Origin: Alphaproteobacteria bacterium
GTDB lineage: Bacteria > Pseudomonadota > Alphaproteobacteria > GCA-2731375
Direction of reading: 5' to 3'
DNA: 64,000 nucleotides
Assembly (NCBI GenBank): GCA_965232515.1
Contig: CBDDPY010000002.1
Coordinates: 576,001 to 640,000, forward strand
Below are positions 1 to 9,472 of this stretch, one piece after another (position 1 is the first letter of the stretch; every line of letters starts with the position of its first letter). The notes beneath the pieces are model-generated. The model was given only the letters and a program-made list of their open reading frames with translations. It ran no database searches and had not been told where the DNA came from. A program made the translations under genes and the position numbers.

Positions 1-1054
1 AGAACTCAACCAGCCGCCGAATGTCCTCGTCGGTCGGATCGTCAAGTTTCGGACGCGATTTACGGGTCAGGCGATACATCGACACGAACACGGCCCGGTC
101 GACGCCGATGGCACGGCAGGCCACGGCCAGGCCCTCGCCGCCCGGTTCGTAGATGATCCGCCGCGTCAGCCGGATCCGCAATCCGGTCAGCTTGGCGATC
201 GACAGCTCGAACAGGGTGATCTGACCCTGGCTGAGCGATTTGACAGCGAACCTGGGGCTCAGCTCGCCGGCGTCGTAAAGCTTGTCGATGAGCTTTTGGG
301 CAGCCGTATCGACAACGTCGTCGTCGGTCGATTGGTCGCCGTCGGACTTGGTGATTTCTCCCACGGTCTGGGCGATTTCGTCGTCCAGGTCATGCACGTC
401 GATATCGAAATTCTCGACGATGTGCATGCGTAGGGCCGCGGACACCCAGTTGCACATTTTCGCCGCCAGCCGGTTCGGCAGGTCCTGGCGCTTGACCAGT
501 GGGTTCTGATAGCGGTCGACCCGCCGCGATTCCTCGACCAAATGCTCCATGACCGTGGCGGAAATCTGCGCATCGGGGTTGTTCAGCAGCGTGACGATGA
601 CGTCTTCGCTGCCGTTGTCGACCAGGGCCCCGCTGACGTCCTCGCTGATATCCTTGCGCACGGCCACGGCGAGCTGGTGTTGTGAGGTGCGGTGACGAAT
701 GACCTCGATCAGCTCGGCGTCGCGGATGATCGGGCTTTCGACCAGGATGTCGTGGGCCACCTCGATCCGGTCGTTGGCCAGCATGACCATCAGGTCGTAA
801 GGCGCGTCCGTGCGCTTGGCGAGACGGGAGGCCAGCTTCTTACGCACCGACATTTCGACCTCGCGGCTCAGTTGCCGCAAGATCTCGAGCATCAATTCAC
901 GCTCGCGCTCGTCGAGCTCCTCACCCCGACGCTCGAACAAATCGCTTATGGCGTCGTAGAGCGACGCGCGGCCCGATTTGGTCTTTTCCCGCGCGAGCTC
1001 GAAAAGCCGGCGTGCTTCGTCGTCAACGGGCCTGAAAGACTGTTCTACATACAT
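1..1054 (-). CDS. DUF2336 domain protein (SpbR-like), 3' end runs off the window
   Basis: Not in the ORF track because it is truncated. Manual translation from ATG 1054: MYVEQSFRPVDDEARRLFELAR...VRKKLASRLAKRTDAPYDLMVMLANDRIEVAHDILVESPIIRDAELIEVI...HQLAVAVRKDISEDVSGALVDNGSEDVIVTLLNNPDAQIS, the typical DUF2336 pattern. Confidence 0.85.
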   Translation of the reverse strand, partial: MYVEQSFRPVDDEARRLFELAREKTKSGRASLYDAISDLFERRGEELDERERELMLEILRQLSREVEMSVRKKLASRLAKRTDAPYDLMVMLANDRIEVAHDILVESPIIRDAELIEVIRHRTSQHQLAVAVRKDISEDVSGALVDNGSEDVIVTLLNNPDAQISATVMEHLVEESRRVDRYQNPLVKRQDLPNRLAAKMCNWVSAALRMHIVENFDIDVHDLDDEIAQTVGEITKSDGDQSTDDDVVDTAAQKLIDKLYDAGELSPRFAVKSLSQGQITLFELSIAKLTGLRIRLTRRIIYEPGGEGLAVACRAIGVDRAVFVSMYRLTRKSRPKLDDPTDEDIRRLVEF

Positions 1055-1173
1055 CGGACGTCCAAGACGGCAGGCGGTGCGGCACGCGTCGCTTTCCGCC
1101 GTTTATTGCGGGCCCGGACGGTGGTTCGAGACCGGATCGGCGGTTGCGCAGATTGAGTTTCGTGGCCGAGTGC

Positions 1174-1214
1174 TTAAAGAACCGTGAAAATTGTTTGATT
1201 CGTTAACCAATCAA
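1174..1214. promoter_or_regulatory. Degenerate CtrA-like box plus 20-bp palindrome upstream of the DUF2336 gene
   Basis: TTAA-N7-TGAA at 1174-1188; TTGATTcGTTAACcAATCAA at 1195-1214 (one mismatched pair, contains GANTC). Confidence 0.4.
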
Positions 1215-1243
1215 CGTTCGCGTCATTCGCGGCCGCTTGCCGG

Positions 1244-2287
1244 TCAAACCGTGGCGATGGGATTGGCGGGCGAACCGACGGCCCCCGGAAGCCTCAGCGG
1301 CGGCGCCGTCAGCAGGAACCGGTTGCGGCCGTTGGCCCGCAGCCAGGCCGCGAATTCGCTCAAGTACCAGATCTCACCCAAGGGGATCCCCAGCTTGAAC
1401 AGGCAGTGCTCGTGCAGGGGCAGCATCGTATGGCAGTCGCCCTCGCCAGGGCTCGAGGGGTGCGCCTCGACCGCGTAATTGTCGGCGATCAGCGCAACAA
1501 CACCGCTGTCGGTGACCCACTGCAGCAGGTCAGGATCCCGTCCATCCAGCGCGGCGCAGGCATTGTGCAGGACATCGACATCCGGCTGGCCGTCCATTTC
1601 CAGGATCCGGTCGGCGAAACCGGTGTGGAAGCAGACCATGTCGCCCTGTTCCACGACGACGTTGTCGGCTTCCATGACGTCTTTGAGATCGGCATAGGTC
1701 ACGAGCTTGCGGTCATCACCGAAATGGGCGCGCAGATCGATCATCACGCCACGGCCCTGGATCGGCTTCGCCGCCATGTTCTCGATGCCGAGCGCCGAGA
1801 CGCCGGAATACTCCTGTCCTGTTGGCCGGTCGCCGTCGTGGAAATCGACCGGGCCGACCACGTGTTCGCCGCCGCGATAGCCGTTGTAGTAGACGACTTC
1901 CGGCTGGCCATCGCCGTCGGCGTCGAAGTATTGGCCGACATGGGCGAGCGAATCCCACTGACTTGAATACTGCGTCCACAGCAACACCGCATCGTCACTA
2001 ATGATATCGGGGTAGGCGGCATCTATCCGGGCGGCGGGGAAATTGATGAAGGGCGTGCCGTCGAGTTCGGTCGGACGCAACACCGGCGCGTAACGCCGTG
2101 GGTTTAAAAGGTTCTTGCCCGGCAGATTCAAGGGCAGGCTGAGGCAGAAGGACAGGCCGTCGCGCACCTCGGCGACACCCTGCTTGACTTTTTCCGGTGT
2201 CAGCAGGTTCAGACGGCCGAGCTGGTCGTCCGGACCGAAGTCGCCCCAGTTGGAACCTTCCGGCCGGTTTTTCCAACGTTCCGACAT
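1244..2287 (-). CDS. Cyclase family (kynurenine formamidase-like) metal-dependent hydrolase
   Basis: SNWGDFGPDDQLGRLNLL, QYSSQWDSLAH, LGEIWYL and APPLRLPGAVGSP motifs; ATG 2287 with AAGGAG RBS. Confidence 0.85.
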   Translation of the reverse strand: MSERWKNRPEGSNWGDFGPDDQLGRLNLLTPEKVKQGVAEVRDGLSFCLSLPLNLPGKNLLNPRRYAPVLRPTELDGTPFINFPAARIDAAYPDIISDDAVLLWTQYSSQWDSLAHVGQYFDADGDGQPEVVYYNGYRGGEHVVGPVDFHDGDRPTGQEYSGVSALGIENMAAKPIQGRGVMIDLRAHFGDDRKLVTYADLKDVMEADNVVVEQGDMVCFHTGFADRILEMDGQPDVDVLHNACAALDGRDPDLLQWVTDSGVVALIADNYAVEAHPSSPGEGDCHTMLPLHEHCLFKLGIPLGEIWYLSEFAAWLRANGRNRFLLTAPPLRLPGAVGSPANPIATV

Positions 2288-2388
2288 GCCCTTACTCCTT
2301 CTGCCGCAAAGCGTCACCACGGGGGGCGAATGGTAGACCGGGCGGCGCAGGGAGGACCAGGGGCGCGGCAGACGGAAAGTTGCGTTAA

Positions 2389-2430
2389 TTGATCAAAGTC
2401 AATGTTGCCCCTGTGCGGGGGACCTAGGCT
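2389..2430 (+). promoter_or_regulatory. FNR/FixK-type class II promoter
   Basis: TTGATCAAAGTCAA at 2389-2402 (consensus TTGAT-N4-ATCAA, one mismatch); TAGGCT -10 at 2425-2430 implies +1 near 2437, placing the box centre at -41.5. Confidence 0.7.
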
Positions 2431-2436
2431 GACGAT

Positions 2437-2628
2437 CCGGCCAGCATCGTTTCGGCAACTCGATCGCTGCTGACCGGGCCGATCGACAGGTGACCCCAAA
2501 CCCGTCGGTCGAGCGTCCCCTGGCGCTGCATCCCCCTGCTAGCGCCGAGGGCTGTGGTTCCCCATCCACAGCCCTCACACTATTCGGAAATCGGCCGCGA
2601 CGGTTCGCCGTCGCGGCCTTTCTGTTTT
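2437..2628 (+). ncRNA. Candidate small RNA with multiple C-rich loops
   Basis: Own promoter and terminator, no ATG-started ORF inside. Hairpins 2437-2477, 2480-2511 (loop UGACCCCAAA), 2522-2546 (loop UCCCCC), 2547-2576 (perfect 11-bp stem, loop UUCCCCAU), plus linker UCCCC at 2516-2520. Confidence 0.7.
2593..2628 (+). terminator. Intrinsic terminator
   Basis: GGCCGCGACGG-TTCG-CCGTCGCGGCC (perfect 11-bp stem, UUCG loop) followed by TTTCTGTTTT. Confidence 0.85.
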
Positions 2629-2691
2629 GGGCATGATGGGATTGGATGTGACGCCGTTGACAGCCAGGTGGCCGCGTCCTACCAGTGCGCA

Positions 2692-3798
2692 ATGCGCATC
2701 ACCGACATCACCATCAGTCAGCACCGACTGCCGCTCGATCCGGCTTTCAATGCGGCCTGGGACGGCCGGCCCCGCACGCAGTTCGACGCGACCATCGTTC
2801 GGGTCAGCTGCGATAACGGCATGGCGGGGATCGGCTCCGGCGACCTGATGGTCGGTTTCGCGGGCCATGAAGAGCTGTTCATCGGCCGCGATCCGCGCGA
2901 CCTCGAGCGCCATTGGCGCGTGCTGGACAATATTGCCTTTCACTATGGCCGCTGCTGGCCGCTCGACTGCGCGCTTTGGGATCTGGCCGCGAAGATCGAC
3001 GATCAGCCGCTTTATCGACGGCTGGGCGGCGCTGAAAATCGTGTCCGGGCCTACGCCTCCACCGGCACGCTGCGGTCGCCGGAAGAAACGGCCGATGTCG
3101 CCGAACGCCTGCTGGCCGACGGCTTTGGCGCCATGAAGATCCGGTTCCATCGACCGGACTGGCGCGACGATGTCAAGGCGATCGAGCGGGTGCGCGCGCA
3201 GGTGGGCGACCGGATCGAGATCATGGTCGACTGCAATCAGGGCTGGCGCATGCCATGGGACACCGATGATCCCTGGGATGTCGAGATGGCGCTGGAGGTC
3301 GGACGTGTTCTTCAGTCTTTGGGCGTCTATTGGATGGAGGAACCGCTGCATCGCGGCGACTATGTCGGCATGACGTGCCTGCGACAGGAATTGGAGATCC
3401 GGATCGGCGGCGCCGAGATGACGCGCGAGCTGCATGAGCTCGAGACATTGATCGAGCGGGAGTGTCTCGACGTCATGCAGGCGGACGCCGTGCTGACCGG
3501 CGGGATTGGCGGGCTCGCGCGTATCGCCCGGAAGGCCAATGAGGCCGGTATGATCTTCTCGCCGCATACCTGGACCAACGGCGTCGGCGTGCTGGCCAAC
3601 GCCCATCTGGCCGCCGCGTTCGGGCCGCCGCCCTGGCTCGAATTTCCTTTCGATCCGCCGGAGTGGACGCCGGCGCGTCGGGACTACATGCTTAGATCGC
3701 CGCTCGAGGCCGTTGACGGCTGGGTCGTCCTGCCGGACGCGCCCGGTCTCGGCGTCGATCTGGACGAGGAACGGCTGGCAGACACGCGTATCGGCTAG
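2692..3798 (+). CDS. Mandelate racemase/muconate lactonizing enzyme (enolase superfamily) protein
   Basis: LDCALWDLAAK, MKIR, MVDCNQG, WMEEPL and PDAPGLGVDLD motifs; ATG 2692. Confidence 0.9.
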   Translation: MRITDITISQHRLPLDPAFNAAWDGRPRTQFDATIVRVSCDNGMAGIGSGDLMVGFAGHEELFIGRDPRDLERHWRVLDNIAFHYGRCWPLDCALWDLAAKIDDQPLYRRLGGAENRVRAYASTGTLRSPEETADVAERLLADGFGAMKIRFHRPDWRDDVKAIERVRAQVGDRIEIMVDCNQGWRMPWDTDDPWDVEMALEVGRVLQSLGVYWMEEPLHRGDYVGMTCLRQELEIRIGGAEMTRELHELETLIERECLDVMQADAVLTGGIGGLARIARKANEAGMIFSPHTWTNGVGVLANAHLAAAFGPPPWLEFPFDPPEWTPARRDYMLRSPLEAVDGWVVLPDAPGLGVDLDEERLADTRIG

Positions 3799-3827
3799 CC
3801 ACCACAACACAACGGGAGGATGGAAAT

Positions 3828-4124
3828 ATGAGCAATGTCGCTTTGGTCGTCATTCTGGAGACCGTGCCGGAGAAACGGGCCGAGTTTCTCGAGCAACTTA
3901 AGGGCCACGCCCAGCGCAGCTTGGCCAACGAAGAAGGCTGTTTGCAGTTCGACCTGATGCTGCCGCAGGACGCGGACAACCAGGTGCGGATCTACGAGAA
4001 GTATGCCGACGCCGCGGCAGTCGAGGCGCACCGGAACTCGGATCACATGGCGATGTTCCAGGGCATCGCGAAGGACTATGTGACCAATCGGACAATCGTG
4101 ATCTGCGACGTGCAGGACGCCTGA
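3828..4124 (+). CDS. Antibiotic biosynthesis monooxygenase (ABM/LsrG-like) protein
   Basis: 98 aa; EEGCLQFD, IYEKYADAAAVEAHRNSDH; GGAGG RBS. Confidence 0.85.
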   Translation: MSNVALVVILETVPEKRAEFLEQLKGHAQRSLANEEGCLQFDLMLPQDADNQVRIYEKYADAAAVEAHRNSDHMAMFQGIAKDYVTNRTIVICDVQDA

Positions 4125-4133
4125 GGCGCCGGC

Positions 4134-5267
4134 ATGCCAACGATTACGTATCTCACGAAGATCCAATTCGATTTTGGCGCGATCGGTCTGATCTCAGAGG
4201 AGCTGGCGGCGCTCGGCGTGCGCCGGCCGCTGGTGGTGACCGACAAGGGCGTCGTGGCGGTCGGCCTGGCGGACCGTCTGGCCGAGCATCTGCCCGAGGG
4301 CGCCAACCTGCCGCGGTTCGACGAGACGCCGGAAAACCCGACCGAGGCGGCCATGGATAAAGCCTTGGCGCTCTATCGCGAGGCCGGCTGCGACGGCGTC
4401 ATTGGTCTGGGCGGCGGCTCGTCGATGGATCTGGCGAAGGCCGTGGCCCTGATGGCGACGCATCCCGGTAACGTCAAGGAGTACATGGCGATCGAAGGCG
4501 GGGTCGCGCGGATCACCGATGCGGTGGCCCCGGTGATCGCCGTGCCGACCACGGCCGGGACCGGCAGCGAGGTCGGCCGCGGTGGCGTGCTGATCCTGAA
4601 CGATGGCCGCAAGCTCGCCATGCTGAGCCCACATCTGCTGCCGAAGGTGGCGATCTGCGACCCGGAACTGACGCTCGGATTGCCGCCGCACCTGACGGCC
4701 GGTACCGGCATGGACGCCTTTGCGCATTGTGTGGAGACCTTCATCTCTCCGCTCGTCAATCCGCCGGCCGAAGGCATCGCCATCGAAGGTTTCCGGCGGG
4801 TCGTGCGTCACATCGAAACGGCGGTCGGCGACGGGCAGAACCGCGACGCGCGCTGGAACCTGATGATGGGCGCGATGATGGGGGCGATGGCCTTTCAGAA
4901 GGGGCTCGGCGCCGTGCACGGCATGTCGCATCCGCTGGGCGCGCTGCAGGACCTGCGGCTGCACCATGGCACGCTGAACGCGGTCTGCCTGCCGGCGGTG
5001 CTGCGCTTCAACGCGGATCACGTGGAAGACAAATATGACCGGCTCCGGCAGGCCTGGAACCTCGACGCCGGCGCCGACTTGCCGGCCGCGGTCGCGGACC
5101 TGAACCAGCGGCTCGGTCTGCCGGCGAACCTGCGGGCGATGGGCGTCAAGGACGAGATGATCCCGCCGTTGGTGCCGCAGGCCATGGCGGACCATACGAC
5201 GGCGACAAATCCACGGCCGCTGAGTGAGGCGGACTATGCGGGTTTGTTTGCGGAAGCGTTGGATTAG
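4134..5267 (+). CDS. Iron-containing alcohol dehydrogenase (4-hydroxybutyrate dehydrogenase-like)
   Basis: GGGSSMDLAK, PTTAGTGSE, DAFAHCVE, HGMSH and HHG motifs. Confidence 0.9.
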   Translation: MPTITYLTKIQFDFGAIGLISEELAALGVRRPLVVTDKGVVAVGLADRLAEHLPEGANLPRFDETPENPTEAAMDKALALYREAGCDGVIGLGGGSSMDLAKAVALMATHPGNVKEYMAIEGGVARITDAVAPVIAVPTTAGTGSEVGRGGVLILNDGRKLAMLSPHLLPKVAICDPELTLGLPPHLTAGTGMDAFAHCVETFISPLVNPPAEGIAIEGFRRVVRHIETAVGDGQNRDARWNLMMGAMMGAMAFQKGLGAVHGMSHPLGALQDLRLHHGTLNAVCLPAVLRFNADHVEDKYDRLRQAWNLDAGADLPAAVADLNQRLGLPANLRAMGVKDEMIPPLVPQAMADHTTATNPRPLSEADYAGLFAEALD

Positions 5268-5293
5268 CGTCAAATGAAGTCGCGCACGCGCCG

Positions 5294-6163
5294 CTAATCG
5301 GCCTCCGAGGCGGCGCGCGCCGACAGCGTGTCAAAGAACTCATTGAACTCGAGCACCTTGCCGCCCCGCATGCGAAAGACGTCGGCCTTCTCAGTGCGCG
5401 CGATCTTGCCAGTCTTGCGATGTCGGAAGGCGACATCGGCGTGCACCGCGACCAGATCATGCTGGGCGACCATCTCGAGCGTATCGTACGTCACGAGCGA
5501 ATAATCGACGGCGATACGGCCTAAGCTTTCGATGACCGCGGTCCGTCCCTGACTTGGACCGGCAAAGCGGAAGTCCTTGACCGACGCCACCGAGTTATAG
5601 CTGGCGTCGTCCGCGAACATGTTGAGGAGGGGGTTGACGTCGTGTTCTCTATAGGACGCGTAGGCGTCGGCAAGCATGCGCTTGTTCCGTTCCGCCTCGG
5701 CCGCGTCGTTGATAATGGCCTTGTTTGCCATGTTCATGAGCGCGCAGGCCGGCACGCCATGGCCAGCCTGCCAGTCGTGGGCGCCGGCGCTGTCGAAGAA
5801 CTGCACGTATTCGCGGATTTTTCCGTCATGAAAGCGCACGAAATCAGCGAGGTGTAGGACCGCCTCGTTGCCGCTGGCTCGGTGACGAATACGTCCGCCC
5901 GTTATCGAAAACACCGTGTCGCCCTCGGCAATTGTCTCCAGGTTGCGGAAGGTTAGCCATTCATAGTCCTCGACGATCAGCGCGATGACCGCGCGTGCGC
6001 CGTCGGGACCGCGATGCGGCTTGGCGAATGGATATGCTTCCTGCGGCACCACGTGACGGAGCTCGCCGTCTGGTGCGAACAATTCACAAAGAGGTTCGGC
6101 GTTTCCTTCGCCATAGGCCGAATAGACCGCAATCATCTTTTCGATATTGGTCTGCGTACTCAT
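5294..6163 (-). CDS. Tandem SnoaL/NTF2-like domain protein
   Basis: Two ~130-aa repeats ending DFVRFHDGKIREYVQFFDS and DVFRMRGGKVLEFNEFFDT; GGAG RBS. Confidence 0.8.
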   Translation of the reverse strand: MSTQTNIEKMIAVYSAYGEGNAEPLCELFAPDGELRHVVPQEAYPFAKPHRGPDGARAVIALIVEDYEWLTFRNLETIAEGDTVFSITGGRIRHRASGNEAVLHLADFVRFHDGKIREYVQFFDSAGAHDWQAGHGVPACALMNMANKAIINDAAEAERNKRMLADAYASYREHDVNPLLNMFADDASYNSVASVKDFRFAGPSQGRTAVIESLGRIAVDYSLVTYDTLEMVAQHDLVAVHADVAFRHRKTGKIARTEKADVFRMRGGKVLEFNEFFDTLSARAASEAD

Positions 6164-6367
6164 TCAGCGTCTCCTATTGCCTGGAGGCTTCCCCGAGAGA
6201 GTCTGCATTTATGGGAATCGATATTGCGATTCACTGCCCTCTTAGGCGCGAGCATTCCACAGGCATCGCGAGCCCGCACCCAATTTCTTGTGGCAAGCTA
6301 GCGAGACCATTGTCGTCGTCTTTGCCGACTTGCGCCGGCGGGACGGTATCAGAGCCTGGGCATGGCC

Positions 6368-7813
6368 TCAGAGCCGGCGGCCGGAGACCAGGTAAGGGAC
6401 GCCATCGACCGATGCCGTGTTGAGGATTTGGCTGTAGCCCTTGCCGGTATCGGCCTCGTGAACCTGCTCCAATGCGGCGATATCGCCCGTGCCGATAGCC
6501 TCGTGGAGCACACGCCCGTCCATCGGCGATGGCGGCGCGATATCCAGCAGATGCAGCAGGGTCGGCGCCACGTCGACGATACCGGCCGGCGTCGTGACCG
6601 TCACATCCGACGCAAAGGCGCTGCCCGAGAACACAAGCATATTGTTGGTCTCGAACGGCGTCAGCCCGCCGTGCAGGCTGCCGCCGTCGGGAATCTTCGG
6701 CAGGTCGTGCAGGCACCAGCCGGGCGGATGTCCCGGCACCGGATCGATACCGGATTGCGTAATGAAGACGATGTCGGCCGAGCGGTCATGATCGATTCCC
6801 GCGTGCGCCAGATCGAATGCGCCGCTGTGGGGACGCCGCGTGAACAATTGTCCACACCAGTCCTGATCTTGCAGCCAGGCGACAATTTCCGTCTCCCGTG
6901 TTCGGTCGTCGAGATAGATGCCGCCGCAGGATCCCCGCACGATCACCGCGGCGCCGTCGCCATTCGGACGGTCGGCGACGCTGAAGCCGGCCGCCGCGAG
7001 TTGCGCCGGCATGTCGAGCGGCGCGCCTCGAACCGTGACATGGCCGTGATCCGACAAGGCGACGATCTGCAGACTGTCGGCCTCCCCGGTCGCGTCGCGC
7101 CAGTCGAGGATGCGGCCGAATTCCGCATCGGCATGTCGGATCGCCGTCGTCGCGGCGTCCGAGCCGATGCCACGGAAATGGAAGGTGGTATCGGGATCAG
7201 AATACCACAGCAGGCAGACGTCCGGGTCGAGCCGCGGCACGATCCAGTTCATGTAGGCCTCGGTCAGCCAGGTGATTCGTCCCACGTTCGGCATTTCGTC
7301 GGCCGGGATCGGCCCCAGCGTCTCGATCATCTGAGCCAGGAGATCCGGCGTCGTCGAGGAAGCGGCGCCGTGCAGCGAGATGTTGAGATGGCCGAACTCG
7401 CCGGCCTTGCGATGCAATACGCAGTTGCCGCCGGCTGTGCCGCTGCCGGCGACTGCGAACGACCGTCCGGCGCCATGCAGGACCTCGCCGAGGGTCGGCA
7501 CCTCGATCAGGTTGCCTTTCAAGGCGGCGTCCGCCTTGGTCAGCGCCTGGTAGTCGCCACTGTCGATCACCGCGTCGGCCGCGGCGTTCAGGTCGACGAA
7601 GCGGTTGGCGACAATGCCGTGCCGGCGCGGCAAGCAACCTGTGATCAGGCTGGCCTGGTTCACCCGCGTCTCGGTCGGGAAGCAGGCGCGGCTGTTCGAG
7701 AAGCTGACGCCGGTCGCCATCATGCGGCCGAGATTGGGCGTGAGATCGGCCGACAGCATATCCGGCCGCAGGCCGTCGAAGGCAACGACGAGGATGCGGC
7801 AGTCCGCGGTCAT
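6368..7813 (-). CDS. Alkaline phosphatase superfamily (nucleotide pyrophosphatase/phosphodiesterase) protein
   Basis: FDGLRPD, FPTETRVN (Thr nucleophile), DPDTTFH, SDHGH, HGG and DVAPT motifs. Confidence 0.88.
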   Translation of the reverse strand: MTADCRILVVAFDGLRPDMLSADLTPNLGRMMATGVSFSNSRACFPTETRVNQASLITGCLPRRHGIVANRFVDLNAAADAVIDSGDYQALTKADAALKGNLIEVPTLGEVLHGAGRSFAVAGSGTAGGNCVLHRKAGEFGHLNISLHGAASSTTPDLLAQMIETLGPIPADEMPNVGRITWLTEAYMNWIVPRLDPDVCLLWYSDPDTTFHFRGIGSDAATTAIRHADAEFGRILDWRDATGEADSLQIVALSDHGHVTVRGAPLDMPAQLAAAGFSVADRPNGDGAAVIVRGSCGGIYLDDRTRETEIVAWLQDQDWCGQLFTRRPHSGAFDLAHAGIDHDRSADIVFITQSGIDPVPGHPPGWCLHDLPKIPDGGSLHGGLTPFETNNMLVFSGSAFASDVTVTTPAGIVDVAPTLLHLLDIAPPSPMDGRVLHEAIGTGDIAALEQVHEADTGKGYSQILNTASVDGVPYLVSGRRL

Positions 7814-8268
7814 GCCGCGTCCTCCGGTCGGCGGCGCAGCAATTGCACGGCCTTGAAGCTCGCCACGACCTCGTCGTTCTGGTTGACGATCTCATAGCTC
7901 AAGGTAACCAGACCGCGGTCCGGCTTGGATTTCGACACACGCGTCTCGGTGACGCGGACGACGGTGCTGATGGTATCGCCGGGCCGCACCGGCTGCCGCC
8001 AGCGCAGTTCGTCGAGGCCCGGCGAGCCCAGGCTGGCGTTGCCGAAGATGTTGGTATGCATCAGCATCCGGAAGGCCACGGCGGCTATCTGCCAGCCGCT
8101 GGCGATGATGCCGCCATAGATGGACTCTTCGGCGGCGGTCTTGTCGATGTGGAATGGCTGCGGGTCGTATTTGAAGGCCCAGTCGATGATCTCGGCCTCG
8201 CTCAGCGTCTTGCCAGGCGAGCGGACCGTGTCGCCGACCTTGAAACTCTCGTACCAAACGTCACTCAT
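7810..8268 (-). CDS. MaoC family dehydratase
   Basis: DPQPFHID, GIIASGW, LRWRQPVRPGD; ATG 8268 after GGAGG. Confidence 0.9.
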   Translation of the reverse strand: MSDVWYESFKVGDTVRSPGKTLSEAEIIDWAFKYDPQPFHIDKTAAEESIYGGIIASGWQIAAVAFRMLMHTNIFGNASLGSPGLDELRWRQPVRPGDTISTVVRVTETRVSKSKPDRGLVTLSYEIVNQNDEVVASFKAVQLLRRRPEDAA

Positions 8269-8383
8269 CCGTTGCCTCCCAACGCGACCTGCAGCCGCCT
8301 CTATAGCTAACCCAAGCCGTAAGACGGGGCTATCCGAAGATTGCGACATCTTGCTAGGGTTCGGCCGCAACAGGAGTTGGGCA

Positions 8384-9472
8384 ATGGATATCGCCGTCGT
8401 AGGTGGCGGTCACGGCTGCTACGCTGCGGCCGCGGATCTCGCCGAGCAAGGTCACACTATCAGGTTCTGGCGCCGCGACGCGGAAGCGTTCGCGCCGGTC
8501 CTGGAACGCCAGGCAATCACGCTGAAGGATTACCGCGGCGTGCGCGATGTCCCTCTGGGACTGGCAACGACGGATCTGGCCGCTGCGGTCGATGGCGCCG
8601 AGCTGGTGCTGTCCCCGCTGCCGGCGACGGCTCAGGCGGGGGTGGCCGGCGCCCTGGCGCCGCATTTGCGCGACGGTCAGGTGGTGTTCATTCCGCCGGG
8701 CACGTTCGGCAGCTATCTGATGACGCGGATCGTCCGAGACGCCGGCAACGGCGCCGATGTGGCGTTCGCAGAGGCCGGGACGCTGCCCTATCTCGCGCGC
8801 AAGCACGGCGCCGATGAGATCGCGATCACGACGCGGGCGACCCGGCTGCCGACGGGCGTTTTTCCGGCCTCGAACGCAGCCGATGCCTTCGCAATCCTGG
8901 AACAGGCATTTCCGGCGATCGAGCGGTTGGCGGACGGCCTGGACGGCGCCTTGATGAACGCGGGCCCGATTATCCATCCGCCCTTGATCGTGATGAATGC
9001 CGGACCGCTGCAGCACTTCGAGCATTGGGATATCCACAACGAGGGCACGCAGCCGGCCATCCGCGCCACCACTGACGCGCTCGATGCCGAACGCATCGCC
9101 GTGCGCGAGGCGCTGGGGTACGGCGCACCGCATTTTCCGCTCGCCGACCACTACGATCCGGAACGGCCGGAATGGATGTACGGCAATGCCGCGCACGAGC
9201 GACTGACCGACAGCGGCGATTGGCGCGAGCATATCGATCTGCAGGCGCACCGTTATATGCGCGAGGACGTCGCCTGCGGTCTCGCCTTTCTGGTCTCGGT
9301 GGCCGAGTGGGCCGGCGTGCCGTGCCCGGTGGCGCGGGGGCTGCTGGCCATCTGTTCGGCGATTGTCGGTGAAGACTTGCGCACGACGGGACGCACGCTG
9401 GAAAGCTTCGAACTAGCCGGCATGACGCAAGCCGAGATGCGTCGGCTGCTGACCAAGGGGCTTTCGGCATGA
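8384..9472 (+). CDS. NAD/NADP-dependent opine (octopine/nopaline) dehydrogenase family protein
   Basis: GGGHG Rossmann motif, NAGPIIHPPL, LDAERIAVREALG, HRYMREDV; AGGAG RBS. Confidence 0.88.
   Translation: MDIAVVGGGHGCYAAAADLAEQGHTIRFWRRDAEAFAPVLERQAITLKDYRGVRDVPLGLATTDLAAAVDGAELVLSPLPATAQAGVAGALAPHLRDGQVVFIPPGTFGSYLMTRIVRDAGNGADVAFAEAGTLPYLARKHGADEIAITTRATRLPTGVFPASNAADAFAILEQAFPAIERLADGLDGALMNAGPIIHPPLIVMNAGPLQHFEHWDIHNEGTQPAIRATTDALDAERIAVREALGYGAPHFPLADHYDPERPEWMYGNAAHERLTDSGDWREHIDLQAHRYMREDVACGLAFLVSVAEWAGVPCPVARGLLAICSAIVGEDLRTTGRTLESFELAGMTQAEMRRLLTKGLSA

Noticed and set aside
1195-1214. FNR box (TTGAT...ATCAA)
   Set aside because: The spacer is 10 bp rather than 4, so it is kept only as a generic palindrome.
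1244-2287. Calling the cyclase kynB as part of a kynurenine operon with kynA
   Set aside because: It is 17 kb from kynA, belongs to the long cyclase subfamily, and no kynU is present.
2402-2473. 23-codon ORF overlapping the candidate sRNA
   Set aside because: Its ATG lies in the FNR box upstream of the inferred start site and has no RBS.
5262-5299. Hairpin GATTAGCG/CGCTAATC spanning two convergent stop codons
   Set aside because: Only 8 bp with a 22-nt loop and no U-tract, too weak to call a terminator.
6362-7897. Long antisense ORFs (also 2575..3810, 12883..14880, 39603..41048, 45891..47141, 53170..54957)
   Set aside because: Shadow frames of well-supported genes, expected in GC-rich DNA; no recognisable motifs.
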